This document shows positions 34,246 to 45,682 of a stretch of DNA of 64,000 nucleotides, in pieces. Within the stretch, counting starts at the first letter, position 1. Each line of letters starts with the position of its first letter. The stretch is from contig OZ076412.1 of the NCBI GenBank assembly GCA_964187785.1, positions 30,938,001 to 31,002,000 on the forward strand, given 5' to 3'. The translations under genes were made by a program, and so were the position numbers. The DNA comes from Amphiscolops sp. MND2022 (Eukaryota). The notes under the pieces are model-generated. The model made no database searches and was not told where the DNA came from. It was given only the letters and a program-made list of their open reading frames with translations.

Positions 34246-35911
34246 TATTTTTAGTCGGCGCCTTTGATAGAAAACGCAGGTTATAGTTGCGGTTTCTTAG
34301 GGCTACCGAACTGATGCATTTTGAGCAGTTTTCATAATTTGTAACTAGTTTGAATTCAATTTTTAACTGAAACAAAGCGTTGTGCGAGAAAAGAGGGCCC
34401 ATTTGAGGTGTTTCGGCATTGTGCGAGCATTCGAAGAATTCTTTTCCGAAAAAAATGGGAATTTGATTAGAATTTTCACAACAGTGTACTTCCATAGTTA
34501 TGACTTAACTCTGTTTGAACATTGAGCGTGGCGCCGACTTGAGACGTTCCCGACTTATTTGTTTTGAAATGAAACAAAAGGTACGGAAATTCTAACACCT
34601 AGCTTTTTTGCTTTCGTCAAGTTCTGAGATTTTCAAAAACGTCAGAGAGGAAAGTTACACAACGGTGTAAAGGCTACAGAAATTGCCAGGGGTAGGTAGT
34701 TAATCTCAGGAAGACTTTTTGAGATTTTGCATAAAACAGCTCAAAAATTAAAAATTTCCTCGAAAAACAATGTGAAATTTTCTTTCGTCTCCAAAACAAG
34801 ATGTCGTTGAAAGTTCAAGTCTGAAAAACTTTCGCTCCCGGGACATTTTGTCAAATGAATGTCCTAGAAAAATAAAAGTCGCTCTTAAAGTTTCGGTTGT
34901 GATATTACCTGTCTTTTCGGTACCATAGCCAAGTGTGACCATCACAACGCCATCATGTCTGTCGTAGTAGGATCGCAGCAAGATCGTACCAAGCATGCTC
35001 CTCGTATGCATGCTATAAATCACCTATAAATCAAATTAGTAACCTGAAACTGTCCAAAAAGTTAACTCATCCGACTTTTTGTAAAAATTTGGAGACTTGA
35101 GGGTACGACACTGTCATTTGCAATGATTTAGAAAAGCAGACAAACTCTTCGAAGCTTTATAGCTTCGACAGATGTGTTTGGTCTTCGTGTTATGAAAACC
35201 ACTTTTTCTAAGTGATTTGCTCACAAATCATACTGCTGCTTATCCAGGTAGTGAGATAAACTAGACTCGAATCGCAGTGAATTTTCATGGAGTTGCTGGC
35301 GTGTAATTCGTTGACCCTATACGAACTGTTTCATGAGAATCATTGTACGATGTATCTTGCCATCAAAAGTTTCGTAGTACGACCGTTGCACGAGATCCTG
35401 CTGAACGTAGTTCGAATGGTGGCACAATCACGGATAAGTGACACGATCCTATTACGACATGATCTTTCATGATCTGATTTGGGTCTAAAATTTGTAATTT
35501 TTAGATCGTAATTCCATAATGCTGGATATTTTTGGATAACTCGGGATTTCTTGAATTTCTTGGCACGATCTTGCAAAATTCTTAGCAAGAAATTCAAGAA
35601 CACCCCAAGATTTTTATCAGGAGTTCCAAGAGTTCTGTGTATGCGCGGAGCGTCAACCCGGGAGTGTATGTTTGATTCATGCAAGATCGAAATCAAAATT
35701 TTAAAATATTCTTGTGTGGTATCGCTCGGTAGCTCTAGATATTTTGACGTGAGTAAACTGTTGCGGTTATCTTTTTTCATCTTCATCATTCATCAGTAGT
35801 TGATTTGATTGATGTATTTAATCATATGCTCATGTCATCATTCGTTGGTAAAAAATTTAGTTCAAACTTGTTCTCTTAGTTGAGTAGAGTTACGTTGATG
35901 ATTTAATTTAG

Positions 35912-36019
35912 GTTCAAAAAATCGGGAAGATGCGGCTTCAAAGCAGAAAAAGAAAGAAGAGGAAAGAGTGCCTGTGGCGCCCAAAGAACCGGTGGACAGC
36001 CCTCCAGCGGCCGTAAATG
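35912..36019 (+). CDS. Host gene exon c
   Basis: atttag acceptor, gtgaag donor, 108 nt, phase 1-1: GSKNREDAASKQKKKEEERVPVAPKEPVDSPPAAVN. Confidence 0.72.
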
Positions 36020-37211
36020 GTGAAGATTCAATTATTTGGCGATCTGAAAAGTTTTGATGTCAAGTTTATTAAACTAATGTATAACTAATTAGAAAAAAGT
36101 TTGTAAGTATCGGATATGCAAAACTTCCTAACTTTTTTGATGATTGAACCCGTTACACATTTGTTCGTTTGGCATATGCTCATCAAAGTTTGCATGTCAA
36201 ATTCTATTGGTCATTTAGATTTTTGAGATGCAGCACCAATAAAAAACATTATTCTCAGTCCGAAAGTACTGGAAATTGAAAGTTCTGATATGAGAGTTCT
36301 GAATGAGAGGCTTAGAAAGTTATAGACTAGACATACTGAACTTCTCATTCAGAACTCTTTTCCATGAACTTTCACTTTCCAAAACTTGCAAGCTCAAATA
36401 ATGTTCTTTCTAAGTTTTTTCAAGCAAAGGCTGTCTCAACTCAAGTATTGAAAATATTCAGAAAGGATTTCAAAAATTGGGAAAGGTACTGAAGATTGCT
36501 CAAAAAAGCCTTATCAAATTTCTACTCTCTAATGCCAACTTTTTGTCCAAAAGTTTTCTTGGGATAATTTTCAGATACAAATTCATGAATATTTTCATAC
36601 AGTTTCCAAAATTTCAGTTGTTGGAATTTCTCAACTATCTTCAAAGTGTCGCTTCTCTAGATGACAATAGAATATTTTGTCAAAAAATTCGGTTTGAAAC
36701 GTGAAAAAGTTGTATGTATAATTATGATCATGAGTTTTTTTTTCATATAAACATCTGTTGACCAGTTCTTAGAAAATTTTGGCCCGATCTTTCATCTGCT
36801 GATATGCATAGAAGGTTCATGAGCAATCTCAAATCAGTTCTATATATTTTGGTTATAGATACATGTTGATTTGGACCACGCTTGTTCTAGACCTTATGAA
36901 GAAATTTGCTGTAAAGGTTTTTCACGCACAATTCATGGTTTTCAATAGACTCAATTGTCATAAAAATAAAATTCTTCCACAGGTTGTCTGTCAACGCTTG
37001 TTCATAGAATATTCATTATTATGGGGTTTCAACTCCTTACTTCTAGTTCCATGAAAAATCATGGATGACTAAGGTATTATTTCGAACCAAGTATCCCATG
37101 TAACTCACATCAATGACGATCAATTCATGAAACTTAATGAAAAACTATAGATGGTTATCACAGAAGATAGTAAGATCTGGTTCTTTTCATCCTTTTTATT
37201 ATACTTTGTAG

Positions 37212-37370
37212 ACAATGACGATGATGATGATGATGATGATGACGACAATGGGGTCAAAGGCAATGACACTTACGTGTTGCATCATTTCAACAAGACTGAC
37301 CAGGAGTGCGTCAAGGGCTGCAGTCCTTCAGGCGTGCCTTACATCGAAATAAGGGCGAGACCCAAGTTTG
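37212..37370 (+). CDS. Host gene exon d (poly-Asp, then repeat 1)
   Basis: tttgtag acceptor, gtgagt donor, 159 nt, phase 1-1: DNDDDDDDDDDNGVKG...KGCSPSGVPYIEIRARPKF. Confidence 0.85.
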
Positions 37371-38586
37371 GTGAGTGCCGCGTTAACGGTTCCCCCTCAC
37401 CAATTCTATGCCCCAGGTTTTCGACCTTTGCAAATCTGAGCAGATTTGAAGGATTTTTCTGCAGGGTTCTGAATTGTTGCACTGAATCTGGAAGAACCAT
37501 GCAGATTTGCAGAATCTTTACAGAAGTGTGCAGATTTTCTTAAAGATTTTTGCAGTAATATGCACTTTCTGCAGCGTTTAGCTTTTCATTCTGGATTTAT
37601 TGTGATAGCCTGTACCTGAGCACGTCTCAACTCAACTGAAAACAATAAGGGAAGAAGATTGTTCTTTAGTGAAATATTCAAAAAATCAGGAAATAGGGAA
37701 CTATAGAGTATACAAAAAATGGGAAAAAGGTATACAAAAATTTTGGTGCAGAGAGCTGTTTTGAAGAAAAGATGTCAATAATTCGACGATATTGAAAGAT
37801 GCCATTCCAAAGACAACGCTTCCAACTGTTTGCAGAAGTCCAGACTTTGAATAGCGCCAGCTTCCAATGTTACCTCGTATCAGTTGAGTGCCAGACGTTG
37901 ACTGATGGCATTTCCACCAATGACCAATTCCACAGCAACTTCACTTCAATTCCAGTGTTACAAGATACGGAATGTGCATTTCAAGACAACGTAGCCAGCA
38001 TTCAAGATGATTTTCAATAGATCTGCAGAGTTCTGTAAAAGTCTTTACAGATCTGTACAGATTGCTGTAGAAAAACATTTCATCATTTTGACATAAACGA
38101 GAACTTTCTCCAGTTTTGAACAATTTTATTATCCGTTTAACATCGCTGTGGGGTTTCTATTGTGTTACTGAGTAAATCATTAATTTGCGCATCTGCACAT
38201 ATCAGCAAAGTTCTGCAAAAATCCTGGAGATCTGCACAGATTCGCACAGATCGAAAACTTAAGGCACGTTGTAAGAGAATCCTCAGTTATCTTCCTTGTA
38301 CAGAAATCAATGACAAACAATTGATTTTCGTGGAAAATAGAATTAAGGAGTTACATGAAAAGTTGCTGAAGAATGCTTTAAAAATGTCGAAAGTTTTTAA
38401 TTTTGAAAATTTATTTGTTTTTTCAACTTCTTCGTAGTAAAAGTTTCAGGGCTTCTACCATTCACTTGTGTTGCTTTAAAACTCATGGAGAATTCAGCAA
38501 ATTGTAATGACTAGAATATTAGATAACAATATCTGTAGAGTTGGTGCAAAAATGTATCAAAAACAAGAATGTATTTGCTTGCAGCC

Positions 38587-39487
38587 TGTAACGGCTGCTT
38601 GATCCCTTCAATTGACCAAACTTTACGCCGCCCTGAATTCGGTGCTCGGCACTGCGGATCGTTACCGAACACTGCTTGCTTCTTAGGTTAAAAAAGGACT
38701 GTATCTTGACTTAGTAGGATCCAATGATCCCGAATTGCACTTCTTCCTTGTCTCTTAACACGTCCAACTCTCCACAAGTTGAGAGTAACTAACTTAGTCG
38801 CCCTAAGTCTTTGGCGAAAAGTCGAAAAGAGGTGAAGAAATGAATTGAGAATTGAAATGGTCCTAAGACCCAACTTGACTACAGCTATTCAGTCGTTAAA
38901 ATCTCTATCGCATAATGGTATACATGTGGTTTACAATTCTACAGTAAATATAGAACAAATATCAGATGAAATATGTTGTATAAATAAATGACATTTAAAG
39001 CATAAAATGAAGTTATTGGCTAAGTAAACAAACTATAAGGTGGTTTTGGCATGTTGGTCAGGTGGGGTAGAAAGTATGTTTACACAAGGTAAATATCATA
39101 AATTTCAACAGAGTTACATTTCCTTCAAGGTCAAATTAGAAAATCATATAATAATTAAATACATCAAATTTGGGTAATTCATGGGGTCCGACCTAGGTCT
39201 CTTTGGGTGTTAATAGCTCTGAACCCAGGGGAGATACGGGTTAGGTTGGTTCGAGTGAAAAGTTAGTGTATCACCACCACTATATGTGTGCCAAGTTTCA
39301 AGGTGATTGAATGAGTGGTTTACCGGGACGGGGGGGGGTGGCCCTTTTTGGTGACGCCATATTTCTGGTGAAACTTGTAAATTTTCCAACTAAAATCTTG
39401 ATAAATTTTCTAAGTGTTTTGAGTTGTAAGTTTCCTCAGTCACGTTCAAAATTGAGTTTCTCGACTTGCAATTGACTGGCGCCAACA
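38587..39487 (-). repeat. 3' LTR of BEL/Pao element (901 bp)
   Basis: Differs from 43846-44748 by 4 substitutions and a 2-bp G-run indel. Confidence 0.95.
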
Positions 39488-42400
39488 TTGCCGGCCCTGT
39501 TTTTCTCCCGAAAAACACTTTCATAGAACATGGGTGCCAGTCTCACTACTGGTGGTCTGAGATTGTCATCAGTCATCGTTGTCTTCCTGAGAAATTCTGT
39601 ACCGTAGTCATGTTTGCCAGTTGTTTGCTGTGTTCTTTCTCTACTGCAATGCTTCTCCAGCCCATAATCCATTTCCCTGACCATACAGTTGTTTTCGACA
39701 AGTTGACATAACACAAAATATTTCCAAAAAACTGTTGTCTTGTTTGAAGTGATAGTTTTCCCTATTATCCCAAACTTGATCATCAACGTCCGACATTCAT
39801 TGAGTTCAATTGATTGCCTTTCTTTTGAAGCGTCGAAAGGTATGATACAAAATTGCTTCAGTACATTTAACTCGACTTCCATAATTACATCAACATCCAA
39901 AGAATATATTTCCAGATAAGTCGAAAATGTCATCAGACAGTTTCCCAAGATTTGCTCTGCTACATATTTCCTCATCAAAGTTGAATGACCGCGGGGGAGA
40001 TAGGTCAAAGAGAGTTCATTCTCTAATCGTTCCATACTCAAGCTTTCAATTTGGCGTTCGGAAGAGAATATTGAATCTTCCATCATCATCACCAATAGAT
40101 AAAGAGAATTTCCAACATTACGGCGACTGGAGTTTTTTCTTTTGTGTTCAATGCTCTCATTGCATCCAATAGGAGGGGATTTGTGTTCTGAACTCAGTCG
40201 CTGTGCTGCATTTTGCTCTTTACTTACAGACACGTCGTTTTTCGTAGCTACATCCGAGTTTTCTCCAAACAACTGCAATGCTGTGGAGTTTTGCTTCCGC
40301 TTCTGTTTGTAGAGATTCACTGTGCTTCTCTCACTACAAAACTTCAATTTCTTTTCATCTAGGTTTCTAACTGGCTCCGATAGATCAGCAGAAACTTCCA
40401 ATTTACCAAAAGACCCATGCCGAGTCCACATTGTCTTGAAAAGTGCAGCCGGCCCATTGCAAGACCCGTCGCTCCAACTTGCTGTGGTTGGTACTTTCAA
40501 AGAACACATTTCCATTCTTGACACTGATGAGTTGTCTCTGAACTCACGTAGCCAAAGTGTGTCATCTTGTGGTGTTCCATTCATGTTCAACTGAGCTCCT
40601 TCCTCCATTCCATGAATCAGGTTCCAGTTATGTTCAATCTTCCAAATTCTTTTCTTCAGTTGCTTGCGGTGGCCTTTGCTCAATTGTGTTTTGTCAATGT
40701 CGTTAGCCTGTGACACTGCGTCCATCCCTGAGTTTCCATTACCAATCCAATGGTTCCATACATTTCTATGACTCAGGTTAGTTTCTTCTAAAAGACTTTC
40801 ATTGAAGTCGAAATCCGTTTTCTTTCCAAAAGTTGCATTCACGATTTGTGTTTCAATTTTAGCATGGCCTTTCGCGGGTTTATCATGTTTCATTGCAACG
40901 TGGCATTGCTTTCGATGCATGACTATTTCATTCGAGTCTTCTGGAAGTGTATATCGTTGCTCATTCACAAAGTCATAACTTTTGACAAATTCATAACATT
41001 TGTTTCCTTCTTCAAGGAGTAGAGTAATGTCATAGGACACTGTCACTTGGAATAGTTTCCCCTGTCGCACGTCCTGTAGTACGGTCGAAACTTCTGCCAT
41101 CTCTTGCAGCAGTTCCAATTGCACACTCATTTCTTCCGAAGTTTCATTGTTTGATGCGAAGGCTAAGCTTCGATGTTCTTTCATAGTTTCAGTCATTGTG
41201 TAATCCAAGGTCTCTTCTGTTTGCACTATCAAGTGCTCACTCATGACCAAGTGAGTCTCTTCTTCCAAGACTTGTTGAGTATCTACGAGGAGGGTTCCTG
41301 AACGGAAATCTTGCCAGCCATTGTCTACAACGAACGTTTCTGGCCTGTTCCACATCCATTCTGCTGCGAGACGCTTCGAGGTTTCTTTGTTTGCATCACT
41401 TTCAACATTTGTCTTCTTTGAGTCTTCATGTGCTTCACATTTGTCTTGCAACTTTCCATGGTTTGGACACATGTCTGAACACTTTATCTGCTCATGTTGC
41501 CATCTTTCCATTGTACACTTTCCTTTTGTTGTCCAGTCAAGAGTTTTGAGCAAAACCATTTCTTCTTGCTTGCCCAAAACGTCGTCTTTTCTTTTCAGCG
41601 ATTCATTCCGATACCTTGAGCTGTCTTTGCTCGAAGTTCGCTCTGTTTGAGTTTGCTTCACAGTTCTCATCATTGAACTACTTTCAACGCTTTTATGGTT
41701 CGAGCGCCAATGTGATCCAACAATACTCTTTGAATCAGTTCGCCCAAAACAGGCTTCTTTGTTGTTTCTCAGGTGTGACTCTTTGTTCGCCACTTCATTC
41801 ATGTTGTTCCGAGAGTGAGGGTTTTGCCCACGCCGTTCAGTTCCTGTAAGAGGCTTCCTTGAGATCGAGGATGCCTTGAAGGTCCGATAACATTTCTGAG
41901 GGCCTTTACTTGGTTGCAATTGCTTTGTCGCTTTCTGTGATTGTGTCGGTCTTAACCGAATTCCATTTCGCGCTAATTCCTTCTCTTGGTTAGCCATTTT
42001 ATTAGTCCTCGCGCTTTCTTCGAGTTTAGCAATTTCGAGTTTTTCTGTGAAGGTATCAATTTCATGTTGCTTCCTTCGAATTTCAGCTTTACGTCTTGCT
42101 GCAGCTAGCTGTTCATCAATTTCATCTTGTTTCTTCATTGCTTCCAATTCTAGAAGAAGTATTCGTTTTGCATTTGATGACTTAGAACTAGCTGTTGTTT
42201 GGTTGCTCCTTGAGGTTGCTTTGACTGACCCTTTGTTGCTTTCTTCGGGTAACACTTTCACATCACTGATTGATTTAATCACATCAGAGGGGTTGGATGC
42301 TCCAACAACCCGGCATTCTTCATCAGTTACCCTGCTTGACTGTGTCAGTGATTTCTTTTCCTTAGTTGCTTCCACTGAGCCATTGCGTTCTGTTCGATTG

Positions 42401-42954
42401 AAGCTACTTTGCTTGAGCTTCCTTGTGTGAGTGCATCTCATAGTCGCATTTGTGGAGGTTCCACTTGCCTCTTGGCGAAGTTTCGTTTCGTGTGTCTCAT
42501 CTTTTGGACCTTTAAACATTGTTTTTACATCAGGGAACCAATACCCCCAGCTGTCTTCTAATTTTACAAAGAATTCTTCCCATTCAGTCACACTTCGACT
42601 GAGCTGTCTTTGCTTTTCTTCATTCGTGAGGTCCAACATAAGATCTACGTTATGCAACAATGCTTGTTTGTTTTCGCGATATTCGAATACCCAATCATTC
42701 AATTCTTCTTTGCGAAGAATAGCGCCTTGCTCGTCCAGCTTGTCATCCAACTCTTTAATCAGAGTCCGTAGTCTTCCAACTTGGGTGGCCACAGCGTCCA
42801 CATAAAAGCGCCACACGTACCAGTCGGAATCATTTTCCAAATCTCTTGATCTGAGGTCCATCAGTTCTTGGCTCTGCTTTGTGTTTCTTCGATCAAATAC
42901 ATTTTTCATTCGAGGATGCTGCACCTCGAGCATTTCTTTCTTTCTGGCTTTCAT
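39436..42954 (-). CDS. 1172-aa BEL-derived ORF: gag-like coiled-coil N-terminus plus degenerate pol/integrase remnants
   Basis: Single open frame. No recognisable CCHC, protease DSG/DTG, YxDD or intact DDE. The C-terminus resembles the BEL integrase end and stops 52 nt inside the LTR. Confidence 0.7.
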   Translation of the reverse strand: MKARKKEMLEVQHPRMKNVFDRRNTKQSQELMDLRSRDLENDSDWYVWRFYVDAVATQVGRLRTLIKELDDKLDEQGAILRKEELNDWVFEYRENKQALLHNVDLMLDLTNEEKQRQLSRSVTEWEEFFVKLEDSWGYWFPDVKTMFKGPKDETHETKLRQEASGTSTNATMRCTHTRKLKQSSFNRTERNGSVEATKEKKSLTQSSRVTDEECRVVGASNPSDVIKSISDVKVLPEESNKGSVKATSRSNQTTASSKSSNAKRILLLELEAMKKQDEIDEQLAAARRKAEIRRKQHEIDTFTEKLEIAKLEESARTNKMANQEKELARNGIRLRPTQSQKATKQLQPSKGPQKCYRTFKASSISRKPLTGTERRGQNPHSRNNMNEVANKESHLRNNKEACFGRTDSKSIVGSHWRSNHKSVESSSMMRTVKQTQTERTSSKDSSRYRNESLKRKDDVLGKQEEMVLLKTLDWTTKGKCTMERWQHEQIKCSDMCPNHGKLQDKCEAHEDSKKTNVESDANKETSKRLAAEWMWNRPETFVVDNGWQDFRSGTLLVDTQQVLEEETHLVMSEHLIVQTEETLDYTMTETMKEHRSLAFASNNETSEEMSVQLELLQEMAEVSTVLQDVRQGKLFQVTVSYDITLLLEEGNKCYEFVKSYDFVNEQRYTLPEDSNEIVMHRKQCHVAMKHDKPAKGHAKIETQIVNATFGKKTDFDFNESLLEETNLSHRNVWNHWIGNGNSGMDAVSQANDIDKTQLSKGHRKQLKKRIWKIEHNWNLIHGMEEGAQLNMNGTPQDDTLWLREFRDNSSVSRMEMCSLKVPTTASWSDGSCNGPAALFKTMWTRHGSFGKLEVSADLSEPVRNLDEKKLKFCSERSTVNLYKQKRKQNSTALQLFGENSDVATKNDVSVSKEQNAAQRLSSEHKSPPIGCNESIEHKRKNSSRRNVGNSLYLLVMMMEDSIFSSERQIESLSMERLENELSLTYLPRGHSTLMRKYVAEQILGNCLMTFSTYLEIYSLDVDVIMEVELNVLKQFCIIPFDASKERQSIELNECRTLMIKFGIIGKTITSNKTTVFWKYFVLCQLVENNCMVREMDYGLEKHCSRERTQQTTGKHDYGTEFLRKTTMTDDNLRPPVVRLAPMFYESVFREKNRAGNVGASQLQVEKLNFERD

Positions 42955-43825
42955 TTGTTCAGATTGCAGTTTATTGTTTAACTGAGGACTTTCTTACTAC
43001 ACAATAGTTTCTTGTCGACTTTGTCACTTTTCCCAAAAACAGCAATTTGATAGATCTGAGGTGTCAACTGCTCAACCCAGTAATCAATCGCCAATTCTTG
43101 AAGAATCAACCCAAAATGTCAATTATGCTTGCCTTCTTTGACGGATTTGATTGTTTCGGTGGACCTCGCCCAATGACTCGATCCTTTTGCTTTACTTGGT
43201 GGATATGCTTGCAGCGACGTCTTAGTTCAAACCTTTGCTTTCAATTAGGAATACGTTTCCCAAGGATACAACTCGTCCCAAACTGGAATTGAAGCACACT
43301 TGCCTCCAGAGTGCTGCTAAAGCCCAACTCCCAGAGTACACAACCAATCCAGTTCCAAATCGCCCAATAGTCCAATATCAAAGCCCCAGTGTACACTTTC
43401 CCAGAGTTCCAGTCACCAACTGTAGACCCAGTCTCCACAGTTCTCGTTCGTCGTGAATAGTCGTCTCAGCTACTTGTCGCGATTCCGTTCGAATGCGACG
43501 ACTCTTGCAATACTTTTCGATTGCTGTGCGAACAGGATCACCTGCTGCCACTTCTAGGTTTGGAAGGTCCCTACGAATAGGCTTGTCCTCCCAGCTCTCT
43601 GGTTTGCCACAGAAACCAGCACGGAAGCTCTTCCAAGCTTCGTGTCACTTGAACAGATAGATGTTGTGCCACCCGTTTGATGACTCTAACTGCTCACGTG
43701 TCTTCCACCACGAATGCAATCCACCCACGATGAAGACGACGTTCCTCTTGTAGTGTCCACCCAGACTGATGTCCACTCCAACTGTTGATGTCCGCCCAAT
43801 GTGTTGATGTCCGCCCAATGATGAC

Positions 43826-43843
43826 GTCCGGGTCGGCGGACCA
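43826..43843 (-). promoter_or_regulatory. Primer-binding site, tRNA-Tyr-like
   Basis: TGGTCCGCCGACCCGGAC, 2 nt from the LTR; resembles the BEL-typical TGGTCCTTCGAGCCGGA. Confidence 0.7.
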
Positions 43844-43845
43844 AA

Positions 43846-44748
43846 TGTAACGGCTGCTTGATCCCTTCAATTGACCAAACTTTACGCCGCCCTGAATTCG
43901 GTGCTCGGCACTGCGGATCGTTACCGAACACTGCTTGCTTCTTAGGTTAAAAAAGGACTGTATCTTGACTTAGTAGGATCCAATGATCCCGAATTGCACT
44001 TCTTCCTTGTCTCTTAACACGTCTAACTCTCCACAAGTTGAGAGTAACTAACTTAGTCGCCCTAAGTCTTTTTCGAAAAGTCGAAAAGAGGTGAAGAAAT
44101 GAATTGAGAATTGAAATGGTCCTAAGACCCAACTTGACTACAGCTATTCAGTCGTTAAAATCTCTATCGCATAATGGTATACATGTGGTTTACAATTCTA
44201 CAGTAAATATAGAACAAATATCAGATGAAATATGTTGTATAAATAAATGACATTTAAAGCATAAAATGAAGTTATTGGCTAAGTAAACAAACTATAAGGT
44301 GGTTTTGGCATGTTGGTCAGGTGGGGTAGAAAGTATGTTTACACAATGTAAATATCATAAATTTCAACAGAGTTACATTTCCTTCAAGGTCAAATTAGAA
44401 AATCATATAATAATTAAATACATCAAATTTGGGTAATTCATGGGGTCCGACCTAGGTCTCTTTGGGTGTTAATAGCTCTGAACCCAGGGGAGATACGGGT
44501 TAGGTTGGTTCGAGTGAAAAGTTAGTGTATCACCACCACTATATGTGTGCCAAGTTTCAAGGTGATTGAATGAGTGGTTTACCGGGACGGGGGGGGGGGT
44601 GGCCCTTTTTGGTGACGCCATATTTCTGGTGAAACTTGTAAATTTTCCAACTAAAATCTTGATAAATTTTCTAAGTGTTTTGAGTTGTAAGTTTCCTCAG
44701 TCACGTTCAAAATTGAGTTTCTCGACTTGCAATTGACTGGCGCCAACA
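43846..44748 (-). repeat. 5' LTR of BEL/Pao element (903 bp)
   Basis: Direct repeat of 38587-39487. Confidence 0.95.
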
Positions 44749-45682
44749 AGTACAGTCGTCTTTATTCTAAAGCCAGTTGTAGAAGTTTGTATCATATATA
44801 TGTTAAAAGCCAGCAAGTAGTATAATCCATTTCCTGACGTTAATAATTTTGTAGTAAAAGATTCGAGTCCGAAGTAGTTGTTTGAATTGATATTTTAAGA
44901 TTATACAAAATGGTTTACATCGCAGTATGATGATGGTGTCTATCAGTCGTAGTAACAAGAAGTATTATGGCTTCCGTCACTTACCAAACAGGTTTCTGTA
45001 CACTGCTGGTAATGCGTCTAGTCACGTGACTAGCAGCCAATCATAACTCATGTACTAACTGGTGTGAATTAGCGCATTTGTTGATCTTCTGCTTTTGAGA
45101 GATTTTTGTACGACTGCGTACTTCAGTTGTCAATGGTATTGCCTGTTTCAATCTCCGTCTGAAGAATTTTCATCATTACCGTAATCATTGGTAGTTATGT
45201 ATATGCTACACATGTTTTTGGACAATATCACTTTGGTATTGTATGAAGATATAATGATGACTGGGCGTTCCAGTCGTATTTGCAAGTATGAATTAAGTCG
45301 TTTTACTGCAACAGTAGGTCAGTTTCACAATTCGTTGAATATGGAAAAGGACAGACACGAGTATAAATTAGGTGAAGAATATGTGGCAAATGTACGTACT
45401 TCATGAATGATTGAATAGTAAGATGATGCGCAAATGAATGTTATGACGACGGGTTATTCCAGTCGTTGTAAACGCGTTGATTTGCTTTAGGGAACATGAT
45501 CGATAATTAAAGCACATGGTTGTTTTCATGTAATGACTTGTATTCGCAATCATGTATTTTTAAGTTATTTCATGTATTTCATCAATAAGATAGTTTTGGA
45601 TTTGTTCCTTTCGTCTTCGATCATGCCACTCGTTGCTGTTTCCTGTAGATATGCCATACGTGTTGCCATCCCAGGTGGACGT

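Larger units (their letters stand above)
38587..44748 (-). mobile_element. Non-autonomous BEL/Pao-type LTR retroelement (6,162 bp)
   Basis: Direct repeats 38587-39487 and 43846-44748 (TGTTGGCG...GTTACA on minus), tRNA-Tyr-like PBS, ORF ending RPPVVRLAP...NRAGNVG into the 3' LTR as in BEL/Pao pol. No TSD. Confidence 0.9.

Noticed and set aside
35340-35789. 149-aa minus-strand ORF and a nearby Cys/His remnant as a gene or LINE ORF
   Set aside because: No recognisable motif or splice context. Possibly decayed retroelement sequence, but I cannot support a call.
37420-38240. tctgcaga-rich imperfect repeats (also ~12710-12950) as a structured RNA
   Set aside because: Consistent with degenerate MITE subterminal repeats; no defined ends or conserved fold visible.
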